A stretch of DNA of 64,000 nt from Somniosus microcephalus (taxonomy: Eukaryota). The DNA is taken from NCBI GenBank assembly GCA_052327205.1, contig CM126207.1, forward strand, positions 239,568,001 through 239,632,000. The letters run 5' to 3'. The stretch's first letter is position 1; each line of letters begins with the position of its first letter. Below the pieces are notes generated by a model. The model made no database searches. It was given only the letters and a program-made list of their open reading frames with translations, and had not been told where the DNA came from. The position numbers and the translations under genes are program-made. Shown in pieces: positions 37,350 through 49,584 of this stretch.

Positions 37350-40300
37350 CACGTTCAATTTACCATGGCGGTCGGTTGAACGGGGAAATTACTTTATGTT
37401 ACGGATTCCACAACGGGGAGGCGATTCCTCTGCGACACTGGGTCCCAGTGCAGCATTTTGCCAGCTTCCAGGCTGGATCTACAATCCGGCGGCCGCAGCC
37501 CTGCACTCGAGGCAGCCAATGGCGCGGCGATTCGCACTTTTGGGAAACGGACGGTTACCGTTACTTTCGGCGGTCAGCAGTTCCTCTGGCAATTTATCAC
37601 TGCCAGTGTCACAGGCCATACTAGGAGCCGACTTCTTTTGTGCAAATGGTTTTCTAGTCGACGTCAAAATCTGCCGCCTTATTCACGCGTCCACTTACCA
37701 TGCGGTGCCCTGCCACCGCAGCACCGCCATGTCCTGGTCGGTCGCCTGGGCGGTACCAGTTCAACATGGGTTTACACGCCTACTCAGCGATTTTCCAGAG
37801 CTCACCCGGCCTACCTTCTCAGTAGCAGTCACGAAACATGGTGTGGCACACCATATCACCACGAATGGATCACCGGTTTATGCCCGGGCGCGCAGGTTAG
37901 AACCCAGCAAACTCGCGGCGGCTAAAGCCGAATTCCAAACAATGGAGCGCCTCGGGATCGTCCGACGCTCCGACAGTCCTTGGTCCTCTCCACTGCATAT
38001 CGTCCCCAAACCAGGTGGAGGGTGGCGGCCTTGCGGTGATTACAGACGACTAAACGATGCCACGACTCCTGACAGGTATCCCATACTTCATATCCAGGAT
38101 TTCTCAGCACATTTGGCTGGAAACTCTTCAAAGGTGGATCTCGTCCGCGGGTATCACCAGGTTCCGGTGCACCCACAAGATGTTCCCAAGACGGCAGTCA
38201 TCACACCTTTTGGCCTTTTCAAATTTCTCAGAATGCCTTTCGGGTTAAAAAATGCAGCGCAGGCTTTCCAGCGGCTCATGGACTCTGTTTTACGGGATTT
38301 GCCTTTCCTTTTCGTATATCTGGACGATATACTCGTCGCTAGCAAGAACCCCAAGGAACACTTGTTACATCTACGCCAGCTCTTCACTCGGTTAAGCCAA
38401 CATGGCCTCATTGTCAACCCGGCCAAATGCCAATTCGGTCTCACCAGCATCGATTTCCTGGGGCACAGGATAACATCAGACGGCGCCGTTCCACTAGCCA
38501 CCAAGGTCGAGGCTGTTACAGCTTTTCCACGTCCCCTCGCTGTTAAGTCCTTGCAGGAATTCCTGGGGATGGTTAATTTTTACCATCGTTTTGTCCCCAA
38601 GGCAGCGCAGTTGATGCAACCGCTGTATGAAGCACTGAAAGGGAAATCTGGCAAAGACCTCATCAACTGGACTCCCCAGATGGACCAGGCCTTCCTAGAT
38701 ACCAAAGCAGCACTGGCAGATGCAACCATGCTGGCACACCCTATTCCAGGTGCAACCATCGCTCTCACGACGGATGCTTCGGACTACGCCATTGGAGCGG
38801 TGCAGGAGCAGTGGGTAGACAGGACTTGGCAGCCGCTGGCCTTTTTCAGCCGCCAACTACGCAAGAACGAACGCAAGTACAGCACGTTCGATAGGGAGTT
38901 GCTCGCCCTGTTTTTGGCTATTCGACATTTTCGCTTTCTGCTAGAAGGACGCCCGTTCACCGCGTTTGTGGACCACAAACCACTCACGTTTGCCATGGCC
39001 AAAACGTCTGAAGCTTGGTCAGCGCGGCAACAGCGCCACCTCACCTTCATTTCGGAATTCACCACCGATCTATGACACGTCTCGGGCAAGGACAATCTCG
39101 TGGCCGATTGCCTCTCCCGCGCTCCTGTCCTGGCAGTTAACCTGGGCGTCGATTTCGCTGGCTTAGCGGAAGAGCAGTTGGCTGACCACGCCTTCCAGTT
39201 GGCAAGTCGCTGTCGTTCAGTTCCACTCAGCAGGAACCACCCTTTTGTGTGACATGTCCATGGGAGTGCCTCGTCCCATAGTGCCGGTCGAGTGGCGCAA
39301 GAAAGTCTTTCGGGCAATACACGGGTTGTCGCACCCAGGGATTCGAGCTTCGCAACGTCTCATGTCCCGCAAGTTCGTGTGGAAGGGCATGCACTTAGAT
39401 GTCCGAGATTGGACAAACAATTGTATTGATTGTCAAAAAGCGAAAGTCAACCGGCATGTTAAAGCCCCTTTGGCTGAGTTTCCAGTGCCAGAACGACGGT
39501 TTGACCACGTGCACGTGGATCTAGTGGGTCCTCTCCCCGGTTCACGGGGTTTCACGCATCTCCTCACAATAGTGGACCGCACCACCAGGTGGCCAGAGGC
39601 GATTCTGTTGGTCGTTACCACTACAGCTGATATTGCCAGGGCATTCCTGTCGTCGTGGGTGGCTCGCTTCGGTGTCCCATCCGACATATCATCGGACCGA
39701 GGCCCACAATTCACTTCCGAATTATGGAATGCCGTTGCACATGGCTTAGGTACCAAGCTACACCGTACCACCGCCTACCATCCGCAGGCGAATGGCCTGT
39801 GCGAAAGGTTCCATCGGTCGCTTAAGGCATCTCTTCGTGCCAGCCTGTGCGGATCCAACTGGGTAGACAGATTGCCTTGGGTGATGCTGGGGCTAAGGAC
39901 GGCTCCCAAGGAAGACCTTCAGTCTTCATCAGCTGAGTTAGTTTACGGGCAAACCTTGAGGGTCCCTGGTGACTTCCTGCCTCCGCATACAGAACCGTGG
40001 TCTGCAACTCAGCAACTTATCCAGCATCGCGAGGCAGCCAAGAACATCCTGCCCATTCTGACCTCGCATCATGGCTGACAGAGGCCTCACGTTCCTGCGG
40101 ACCTCATGTCCGCCGATTATGTCTTCATCAGGCACGACACGCACAGAGACCCACTTAAACCACCATACGCCGGCCCATTTCGTGTCATATCTGCCGGTGA
40201 GAAATATTTCACCGTCGACGTAGGCGGCAGACCGGACACCATCTCCATCGACCGTCTGAAGGCCGCTCACCTCGATCGCACTGAAACAATAGTGCCTGCC

Positions 40301-40537
40301 CAGCCACCTCACCGAGGACGACCGCCGTTGCACGCTGATTCATCATTACAACAGCCAGCCATTGAACCGCCTACAGATGCCTCACCATCGTTTTCGCAGT
40401 CAGACACTGCGTTCGCCGCACCTGACACGCCGCAACAACCACAGCCAGGCTCCATGCTTTCTCCCGACGTTCCACTTCCACCGCCTGAGGGTCGTCGACG
40501 CTCGGAGAGAACCATCAAGTTTGATACTGGCCATTAA
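37350..40537 (+). pseudogene. Pol (protease, RT, RNase H, integrase) with frameshifts and stops
   Basis: FLCDTG protease; [24 protein letters not shown]; TTDASD RNase H; HGLSHPG...CIDC zinc finger; HVDLVGPL, SDRGPQF, NGLCERFH integrase; PYAGPF GPY/F module. Spread over several frames. Confidence 0.92.
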
Positions 40538-41093
40538 CGGGGATTCTGGGGGGGCGCCTGTGGAGGAGCCACAAGAGACTCAGTGTACTTTAGTATAATC
40601 CCGTTAATTGTATTATAGTGCAGCTGGGGACTGCACCTTTAAACTGATTGTTACCTTTACAGTGTGTGTTTGCCTTTATCCTGCGTGGTGACGTCATGAC
40701 GACGATCACGTGACCGCCAGTGGCGCGAAGAACGTGGGGACGTCATGACGTCAGCTTAGAGAACCTTCCAGTAGTCTTCGACTACCTGGCATCTTGAACG
40801 AACGTTGTTAGATCCGTGGTTCAGTGGATAAATAATTACACGGATGCTGTACATAAACAAATAACAGGTCTTCACTGGAGGAGGGTAATCTCTAGACTGG
40901 GGTACAGAGGCAGGCGCACAGCTTATATACCGGTGTGGTCACTGCCGGTACTACAGTATACAGGAGCTGTAAAAAGTAGTTCTGACTTAAAGGCACATAC
41001 ACTACAATTCCTCCCTTTTTAGATTAATAATACCCCCTTAATATTCAAATAACAATTACATTTTTACATGTACATTCAATAACAAAAGTCCAT

Positions 41094-44000
41094 TTATAGA
41101 TTCAGTCTTTGGGGCGGCTTCCTGACCCTTTCGGGATAGCGCCTTTCCAGAGGTTCTTGTTCTTGGTGCAGAGGCGATTCTGACCCCCTTTCATCGGGTA
41201 GTTCATCGGGTTCCACTGCTACGGGGTCTGAAGTAGATACTACCGGTATGTCGGGTTCATCCCCAGGTACTCGAGACATGGGGTTGACGCATTCCTGTGA
41301 TGCTAAGATCTGATCGACGTGGTGTCTCACAATGTTCTCCCCGACATCCACTGTGTACATTAATGGCCCCTGCCTTGTACATATCGTTCCGGGTTGCCAC
41401 TTCTCTGTTCGATAGTCCCGGGTCAAGACTGGTTGCCCTACATTGAAGCTCCTTGTCGGCTTCTCGTTGATGTGCTGGAATTGTTTGTCCTCAACATTTC
41501 TTCGCGCATTTGGTCTGAGCAAGTCCAGACGAGATCTCAACCTTCGGTTAAAGAACATCATGGCCGGGGTCTGGTTGGTAACTGCATGTGTCGCGTTTCG
41601 GTCGGCTAATAAGAAATTGTCCAGCTTATGCTGTAGTGGAATTTCCTCGTCGCACATGGCCTTTATCGCCTTCTTAAAGGTTTGTACGAACCTCTCAGCC
41701 AATCCATTGGTGGCTGGATGATACGGGGCGGATGTGTAATGCCTTACCCCATTCCTTTTCATGAATTTTTGGAACTCGTCGGACACAAACTGTGGTCCAT
41801 TATCAGAGCAGATCTGCTCTGGCAACCTGTTTCTGGCAAATATGGTCCGTAGGACTGCAATCGTTTTCTCTGTAGTGGTTGAAGACATCTTTATCACCTC
41901 AGGCCACTTTGAATGAGCATCCACGGCTATTAAGAACATTGAGTCCATGAATGGACCAGCGAAATCAATGTGCACCCGTTGCCATGGAGAGGAGGGCCAC
42001 TCCCATGGGTGTAGAGGGGCATGTGGTGGTGCATTTTGGACCTTCTGGCATCCTAAGCAGCTCTTAGTTAGGTCTTCGATTTGTTCATCGATTCCCGGCC
42101 ACCACACATAAGCCCTAGCTAGGCTTTTCATTTTCACTCCCCGCAGATGACCTTCATGTAGCTTATTTAGCACTCTCTCCCTTAACTTGGGTGGAATCAC
42201 CACTCTGGATCCACACATCACTGTCCCCTGGCATACTGACAGCTGTTCTCTTCTGGATGAGAATGCTGGCAACAGTGAGTCGCCATGTGTTGGCCATCCC
42301 CTCACCGTCAATTCATATACCCGTGACAGCGTCGGATCATTGCGGGTCTCCTTCTCTACATCCGCGTTTGTTACTGGCAATCGTTCAATTATCGACGAAT
42401 AAAATATCTCGATAGGGTCCACTGCTGGTGCTTCCTCCACAGTAGGCAGTGGCAGGTGCAATAGCCCATCAGCGTTCCCATGCTGTCTCGTGCCTTTATA
42501 TTCTATTTCATATTGATTCGCCCCTAGAAACAGGGACCATCTTTGTAACCGCTGTGCAGTCATTACTGGCACGCCCTTCTTAGGATTAAAGATGGAGACA
42601 AGTGGTTGGTGGTCAGTCAGCAAGGTGAACTTCTGTCCATGCAGATAGTGGTTGAATTTTTTTACTCCCCATACTAGGCTGAGGGCCTCCCTGTCAATCT
42701 GGGCATAGTTGCGCTCGGCTGAGGTTAGTGACCGAGACGCAAAGGCTACTGGCCTCTCCAACCCGTCTGGGAATTTGTGCGACAGCACCGCTCCAATGCC
42801 GTAGGGTGATGCATCACATGCCAAACGAATTGGTAGTGCTGGGTTGTAATGGGCCAACACTTCTTTTGATGTGATCAATTCTTTACACTTCTGGAAAGCT
42901 CGTCTACGTTCGTCATCCCACTTCCATGGTACCCCTGTTTGCAGTAGGGTGTTCAGCGGGTGTAATACCGTAGACAAATTTGGTAAGAACTTGTGGTACT
43001 AGTTTACCAGCCCGAGGAACGACCTCAGTTGTGACACATTTTCCGGTGCTGGAGCCTTGACTACTGCCTCTATCTTGTCAGGGGAGTTATGTAACCCCTC
43101 TTCATCGATGACGTGGCCGCAATACGAGATCTGTTTCTGGAAAAACTGGCACTTGTGGCGATTAGCTCGTAGCCCATATTCCTTTAATCTGGTGAGCACC
43201 TCCTCCAAGTTAGCGAGGTGATCACTGTCATTTTCGCCCGTGACCAAGATGTCGTCCAAATAACACTGGGCCCCTGGAATCCCTTGCAGGAACTGATCCA
43301 TCGCCCTTTGCCAGATAGCCGGAGCCGAGGCTACTCCAAACACCAGCCGGTTGTATTGATAGAGACCTTTATGGGTGTTGATCGTAAGGTAATGTTTCGA
43401 AGCTTCTTCTACCTCCATTTGCAAGTACGCCTGGGCTAGATCAATTTTGGTGAAGCGTTTACCACCAGATAGCGAGGCGAAAATATCCTCAATTCGTGGA
43501 AGCGGATATTGCACCGTGTGAAGGACTGGGTTCACTGTCACCTTAAAATCCCCACAGATACGGACCTTCTTTGGTTCCCCAGACGTATTACTCAATGACC
43601 TCTTCATTACAGGAACGATGGGTGTAGCCCACTCGCTCCAGTCCACTTTGGACAGTACTCCTGAACGTTCCAACCCTTCCAGCTCTGCTTCAACCGCTGG
43701 TCTGATCGCATAAGGCACTGGTCTGGCCTTCAGAAACTTTGGGCTTGCATTATCCTCTATTTTAATTGTTGCTGTTATTCCTTTTAGTGTTCCTAGTCCC
43801 TCCTGGAACACTTCTTTTGCGTCAGTTAGCATTTTTGACAGTCGGCCAGGTGTGACGTCGTCATCCTTTTTGGCCTCCACCTTCAGTGCCTGTATGGAAT
43901 GCCAATCTAAATGTATCTTCCGGATCCATTCACGTCCTAGCAGTGGTGGTCCTGCATTTGGCAATACATATATATCCATTTTAGGTATTTCCTGACCTTT

Positions 44001-45170
44001 ATATGTCACTTTCACCCTTATTTTTCCTTTGGGGTAGACTTTTTGCCCCGTATACGCCTTCAAGACAATCTCTGTAGCTTTCAAGGGTATGTGTGAAAAT
44101 AGCCGCTTGTAGTCTCTTTGATTTATGACTGTTAGAGCTGACCCTGTGTCCAATTCCATTTCCACTTGGACTCCGTCTATCTTGAGTGTAACCCAGATAG
44201 TCTGGTGATCCTCCATTTCGGTTACATTATGTAGTTTCAGACAACCCAGCTCCTTGCTTCCGGAGTCTGTGTCACTTTTTTGTTCGTCTGCACCACTGTC
44301 CATCACCTGGTGTACCTTTTTGTACTTCTCCTGTGGAGATTTCTTACTGTTGGTTTTCTTCCCAGACCTGCAGACTCTTGCTATGTGTCCTGCTTTCCCA
44401 CACTGTCTGCACACTTGGTCCTTGAACCAACAATCTTTCTGGTCATGTGTTGTTCTGCCGCAGCGATAGCACTTCCCTGTTCCATAGGTCATTTCGTTGG
44501 TGCCATATTCTTGCGGTCTCCGTTGTATCTCTGCAGCGCCCCTTGCGGCTGCTTCGTGTGATACTGCCATACTGAAAGCTTTGTCCAGCGTAAGGTCCTT
44601 TTCTGATAGAAGCCGTTTCTGGGTTCCTTCACTTTGTAGCCCACACACAAACTTGTCCCTTAACGTGTCTGCTAGTCCCGCTCCAAACTGGCAGTATTTC
44701 GATAGCTTGCGCAGTTCCGTTAGGTACTCAGCATTGCTTTCGTCTTTGTGTTGGTTCCTTTTATGGAACTTAAATCGTTCTGCTATCAGCAGCGGTGTGG
44801 GGTTTAAGTGGTCCTGTAGGATTTCTACTATGCTTTCAAAATTCTTGTTTACTGGCTTCTCTGGGGTTATTAGATTTCGCAGTAACCCATAAGTTTTTGC
44901 ACCCATGGAATTTAACAGAACCAGTGCTTTATTAGCATCTGGCACTTCATTCGCCCTGCAGTACACCTTAATACGTTCCACATATGTCGCCCAATCTTCG
45001 ACTTCATTGTCGAACGTAGAGATACTGCCACTCTTCGGCATCCTTGGTTGTGCGTTAACTATCACCAATGGCGCCTCCCGCGCTTCCCCTTCTTCTCCGC
45101 AGCACAAAATGGCGTCTCCTGCGCTTTCCTTCCTTCCCGCGCTCGCCCGTCTTCTCCGCTGCGGCTTCAC
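41094..45170 (-). pseudogene. Gag-pol single frame with one premature stop (TAG at 42999-43001)
   Basis: ORFs 45170-42999 and 42977-41094 are in frame (LGLVN*YHKFLPNLST). Two CCHC knuckles, LDTGS protease, YLDD RT, ACDASPYG RNase H, HIDFAGPF / SDNGPQF / NGLAERFV integrase. The true start may be the ATG of MPKSGS. Confidence 0.95.
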
Positions 45171-45320
45171 AAAATGGCGTCTCCCGCGCTCTTCCTCCTT
45201 CTCCGCGGCTCAATGGCGCCTCCCGCGCTCTCCCTGCTTCTCCGCGGCTCAATGGCGTCTCCCGTGCTCTCCCTGCTTCTCCACGGCTCAATGGCTTCTC
45301 CCCTTGCTTCGCCCCGCGGA
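45067..45320. repeat. About 39-bp tandem repeats in the 5' leader of the Mag-like element
   Basis: caatggc-led units start at 45211, 45250 and 45289 (the first reads caatggcgcctcccgcgctctccctgcttctccgcggct), with degenerate copies from 45067. Confidence 0.85.
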
Positions 45321-45754
45321 CCCTGATCAGCCTATGATCCCTGGCTGTGCTCTGCGCGTTCTTCTCTTGATATTTGTCGACGCCGCTCAGCCTAGAACCC
45401 GGCTGTTTCTTACCCTCTCTGTCTCCGGTTTGCAGTAGTTTTCCTCGACGCCGCTCGGTGATCAACCCCCGGCTGCGCCCTGCTCTCTTCACCCTCTTTC
45501 TTACCCCGTCGACGCTGCCCAGCTCTCTCTCTCTGCTGTCGGTCGGCTCCAGCCGCCGCTGCTCGGGAAGGGTCTGCTCTGGACCTGTCGTCGGTCTCTT
45601 ACTGCTCGTTGTGGCTGGGGAACCAAGCCCGGCTCTCCACAGTCTTCCCAGCGAAGTTGGATCTCTGCCTGACTGCTGGGCGGTTGCTCGCGGTCGACGC
45701 CCGTGTTCCTGGACTCGATATTTTTTTAATGTTGCAGGTAGATTCGCATCAACA

Positions 45755-45764
45755 CTCGTCGCCA
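45755..45764 (-). promoter_or_regulatory. Primer binding site, tRNA-Ser type
   Basis: TGGCGACGAG on - one base inside the 5' LTR boundary. Confidence 0.8.
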
Positions 45765-47162
45765 CTGTTAAATCCGTGGTTCAGTGCATAAATAATTACA
45801 CGGATGCTGTACATAAACAAATAACAGGTCTTTACTGGAGGAGGGTAATCTCTGGACTGGGGTACAGAGGCATGCACACAGCTTATATACCGATGTGGTC
45901 ACTGCCGGTACTACAGTATACAGGAGCTGTAAAAAGTAGTTCTGACTTAAAGCACATACACTACAAACGTGTTTTGATTTCCTCCTTGTAACAGCCAGCA
46001 AAGTTCATTGTTATTAAATTCCAGTCTTTTTATCCATCGAGTTGAGCTGAATTATTTAGTTAGGAACCTCCGTTCCTACAGTATAATATCTGAGATATTA
46101 ATACTGTAACAGCTAGGCTAAGCAGAATTGATTTTAAAATGGATGCTAATCTAGGTTTAGGTTATATAAGAAAAAATATGATTGGCAACAGGAAAAAAAA
46201 GCGACAAAGAAAAGTTGCTTTTTGCCCCAGCAACTTTCACCGTATGATATAGTACATTACTGCAGCACTGATTTGCATGGGCCTGGAAAGCTCTATGCAA
46301 TGAAGTATCCTGATCAGTTACATGAAGTGACTCATGGCTAAAAACAGTCAGTTTTAATGTGTCCAATTTGGCTATATTAGAAATGACAGTAGTTAGACCA
46401 AGCCCAAAAAAAGGTCATTGTTACTGATACAACATTCATTTGTAAATTGAACACAGATGTATGCTTTTGGCAGTTTTCTAAGGAGTGATGAACATGCCAT
46501 GTACAGATTACTTCTTGGGAGTGTTTGGTTTATTGTGGTTTGGGTTAAACAAAAGTACTAAAGCTTTCTGGCAATAAGTCAAAAATATATCTGATTGAGA
46601 GTTAAGCAGACATAATACGTAAATTATTTATTTTCATGTAAAATTTTAGGAAAATATTTTATGTATGTATATATGTTGGGGAGGAAAGATGGTCATGGTG
46701 TATCAGAATGTTGCCTTTTTACCTAAGGTTCAATCCATTCCCATTGGGAAGATTGACTGAAGAATTCCTTTCTTTTAAAGGTAATAAAGGATTTCTGCTG
46801 AAATTAGTTTGGGCAGTCTCAACTTGATCTCAGCCCACTGGCAATGATTTAATTTGAGATTATCTAAACCACATAGACACGTTTCTGCCTTGAAATTCTC
46901 TCTTGAAGCCCACTGTATCTCATTAGATTCTGTGAAATGAAATTTAAATATCATTTGATGTGGCAAATGTGCTACATTATCACTTCAGTTTGAATTGGAT
47001 GAACTTGCTTCTCTGAATGTGATGCCCACACATGTATAAGAAAAGGATTTCTATATAAAATGTATAATTACGCATGTTCTACAATTTAATTCAACTTCTT
47101 GAATCTGTTTATCTCTGCTTGCATACAGCATGAGGTAATGGGGCGACAGTTTACATTACATT

Positions 47163-47857
47163 GGCCTGAAATTTGCGGTTGTAATGACGTGCAGTTAAAT
47201 GCGGAAATCTGAAAGTTGCTGTCAGTGATACGCTGCTCCTCCACATGGTGCACTGTTGTAGTCCTTGCAGATGGAAATCAATTGGAAATCATGAATTGTC
47301 ATGAACTTCAACTTTTTACGCACCATTCTCACTGTAAAAACCCTTGAAAAAGTTAAGCCTTGTTGAATGAGGTGTAACTGAGTTGTTAATGGCATACTAA
47401 GTCATAATTACTGCTGAACAACCTCTGGCCCTGAAAAACTAATTTTATATCTGGGGAATGTCATTTTCCATGATTAAAAGAAATCTATAGGTTTTTAATT
47501 TTTAATTTTTATTTTTTTAAGTTTGTTTATGATATTTCAGCTTCTACCTTAATTCTATGTGTATATCCCAATCTTTATTTTGCTTTCTGTAAAATTATTA
47601 AAAAGTGAATGATAAAACCTGCTTTTTACTTCCTGGTTTGCTGTTTGTGAGAATTCTTCAATGTGATTGGCTGCTTAGCCTGCTTGATGACATTACTGTT
47701 GCTGGATGCCACAGATCCCCTATAGATGGTGCCAGATGGAACGCCACGTCGTAAAAAGTGAAATCAATGAGACAGAGCACACTAAATGTTTGTAGGTAGC
47801 TTTCTTTGAGGTCAACGGCGACGCCATCACTTTGCTGCTGACTGCAAAATTCTGGCC
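47163..47857. mobile_element. Harbinger-type MITE (older)
   Basis: TIR ggcctgaaatttgcggt / actgcaaaattctggcc; flanks ATT/AAT. Confidence 0.7.
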
Positions 47858-47889
47858 AATATTTTACTTAATCATGCTTTAATAGTAAG

Positions 47890-48130
47890 AAAGAACTAAC
47901 TTACCTTTTTGTAGTGCCTTTTATGTCCTTTGAACTTTCTAAAGCACTTTTTATTAGCATGGTTACCATTGTTATGTGGGCAATTACGGCAGTCAATTTG
48001 CCCACAGTAAAGTCCCCCAAACAATAGTGCAATCAATTAATCTGTTGGCCGAAGAATAATGTTGATTAGGAAACTAGAAGAACTTCCATGCCCTTTTTGA
48101 ATTGTGCTATTGGATCTTTTATGTCCTAGG
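47890..48130 (-). mobile_element. DeuSINE/SacSINE-like fragment
   Basis: cattgttatgtgggcaattacggcagtcaatttgcccacag...ccctttttgaattgtgctattggatcttttatgtcc resembles the Deu-domain SINE core (from recall); related to 21880-21975. Confidence 0.5.
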
Positions 48131-49584
48131 ACTATTAGTTGTCTCTCATTGTCTAGACCAGTCTTTTCCAGTTCTTCTCTTGCTCTAAGAGTTAGATTTA
48201 TGCCTTCTTTTGCTGGGTCAGCACTTACTCTCCTGCCCATTATTCCATACCCCGTCCTCACAGGTCAACCATTCTTAACTCCCCTAACAATATTTCTCGC
48301 GCATTGTAATAGATAAGAGCTAACTGTTTCTACCCTAAACTGCAGCTACAGATTTCTGGTCCCCTTTCCATCCTATATCTAGCGCAAGTGCAGTATTTAT
48401 AGTCCCCTAGGAGATGCCGCCATCCTCCCCCCTCCCCCATGGTCATATCCCTATTATATTCTACAAAGAGAAGATGACGAAAGAATCCTGGACCAGGGTT
48501 GTGTCGGCTTTCAAGAAGAAAACTGAAGCTGTCCTCAAGGGTTCTCTACAAAGGAGGCTGCTTCAGAACTTTAAAGAAAAAAATTCTTCTTAGTGGTGGG
48601 TGGAGGTTCTGCTCCCACAAGGCAATGGCATTAAGCCAGAACCCAGCATCACCTGGTCCTGGTCTAATTTTCACCCATTCTGGTGGACTCTTTAATGGCC
48701 GTAAGCTTGCAGGACACAGATTTTCCATTTCTTGACACTGTAGTCTCGAGCAGCACCATCCCATACCACCAAATATAAAACAATAGAGAAAGAATTCACT
48801 TCTAAGCCTTCTTCCATTTGTGGCATTTAAATGATAATATAATACAAAAAGAGGTGTAAAATATTTCAGAATATCACCAAGTGTACTAAATGGATCTAAT
48901 CTAAAATTGTTTCCTGTTTCTTTCAATTTCCTTTTTAATTTTTTTTGTTTTAAATGACAAAATGTGTTAGTAACTCAAAGATGAAAATATGCGTATGTTT
49001 CATATAGGAATGGAATTTTGACTGAAGATCTTGTTTACAAAAAACTCTGCTTGGTAATTTTCAGTTGGCAGAGTTAGGACCACACCAAATTAGTTTTAAT
49101 TTTAGAGTTGAAATTTAGGAATGGGTCTGAAATAGAAGTGTTTGTTTGAAAATTAGCTTGAAATAGGATTTGATTGCTACTTCCAGTCTAGGAGTGGTCC
49201 TTGACTTACTCTAAGACTAGATACAGGTCAACACATTGAAGGTCTCAGAATCTCAGAACCCTGAAAATAGAAGCTAGTAATAGTTGTTTGGGATATGTAA
49301 ACATTGTATAGTTCTGGTAATGGTTCAGACAAATATCCACTCCAATTCACCTTCATCCCCCTGCTGTGCATTAATCCTGGGCTCACTCCCCCCACCTCCA
49401 CAGTTTAAGGTAAAAACACTTTACTATCAACCCTCCCCTTACTATTGTAACCAACTGATGCCTGGCAGCAAAAAAAAATTAAGACTGATGGAGGGAACGG
49501 CAGACTTCCCGTCTCTCTCCTGCTGAGATGAATTTTCAGAACCCAGTTCTACTGAGAGAGATTACCAGCCTTTACTGACCAATT

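Larger units (their letters stand above)
40806..45965 (-). mobile_element. Mag-like Gypsy LTR retrotransposon nested in the 3' LTR of the CsRN1-like element
   Basis: About 200-bp LTRs (40806-41006, 45766-45965); 5-bp TSD AACGT (40801-40805, 45966-45970); PBS TGGCGACGAG (tRNA-Ser type); PPT aaaaagggaggaat on -. Confidence 0.96.
36296..46080 (+). mobile_element. CsRN1-like Gypsy LTR retrotransposon whose 3' LTR is split by a nested element
   Basis: 5' LTR 36296-36652; 3' LTR 40559-40805 plus 45971-46080. 4-bp TSD GTAT (36292-36295, 46081-46084). tRNA-Trp-type PBS TGGTGACCCCGA; G-rich PPT before 40559. Confidence 0.95.
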
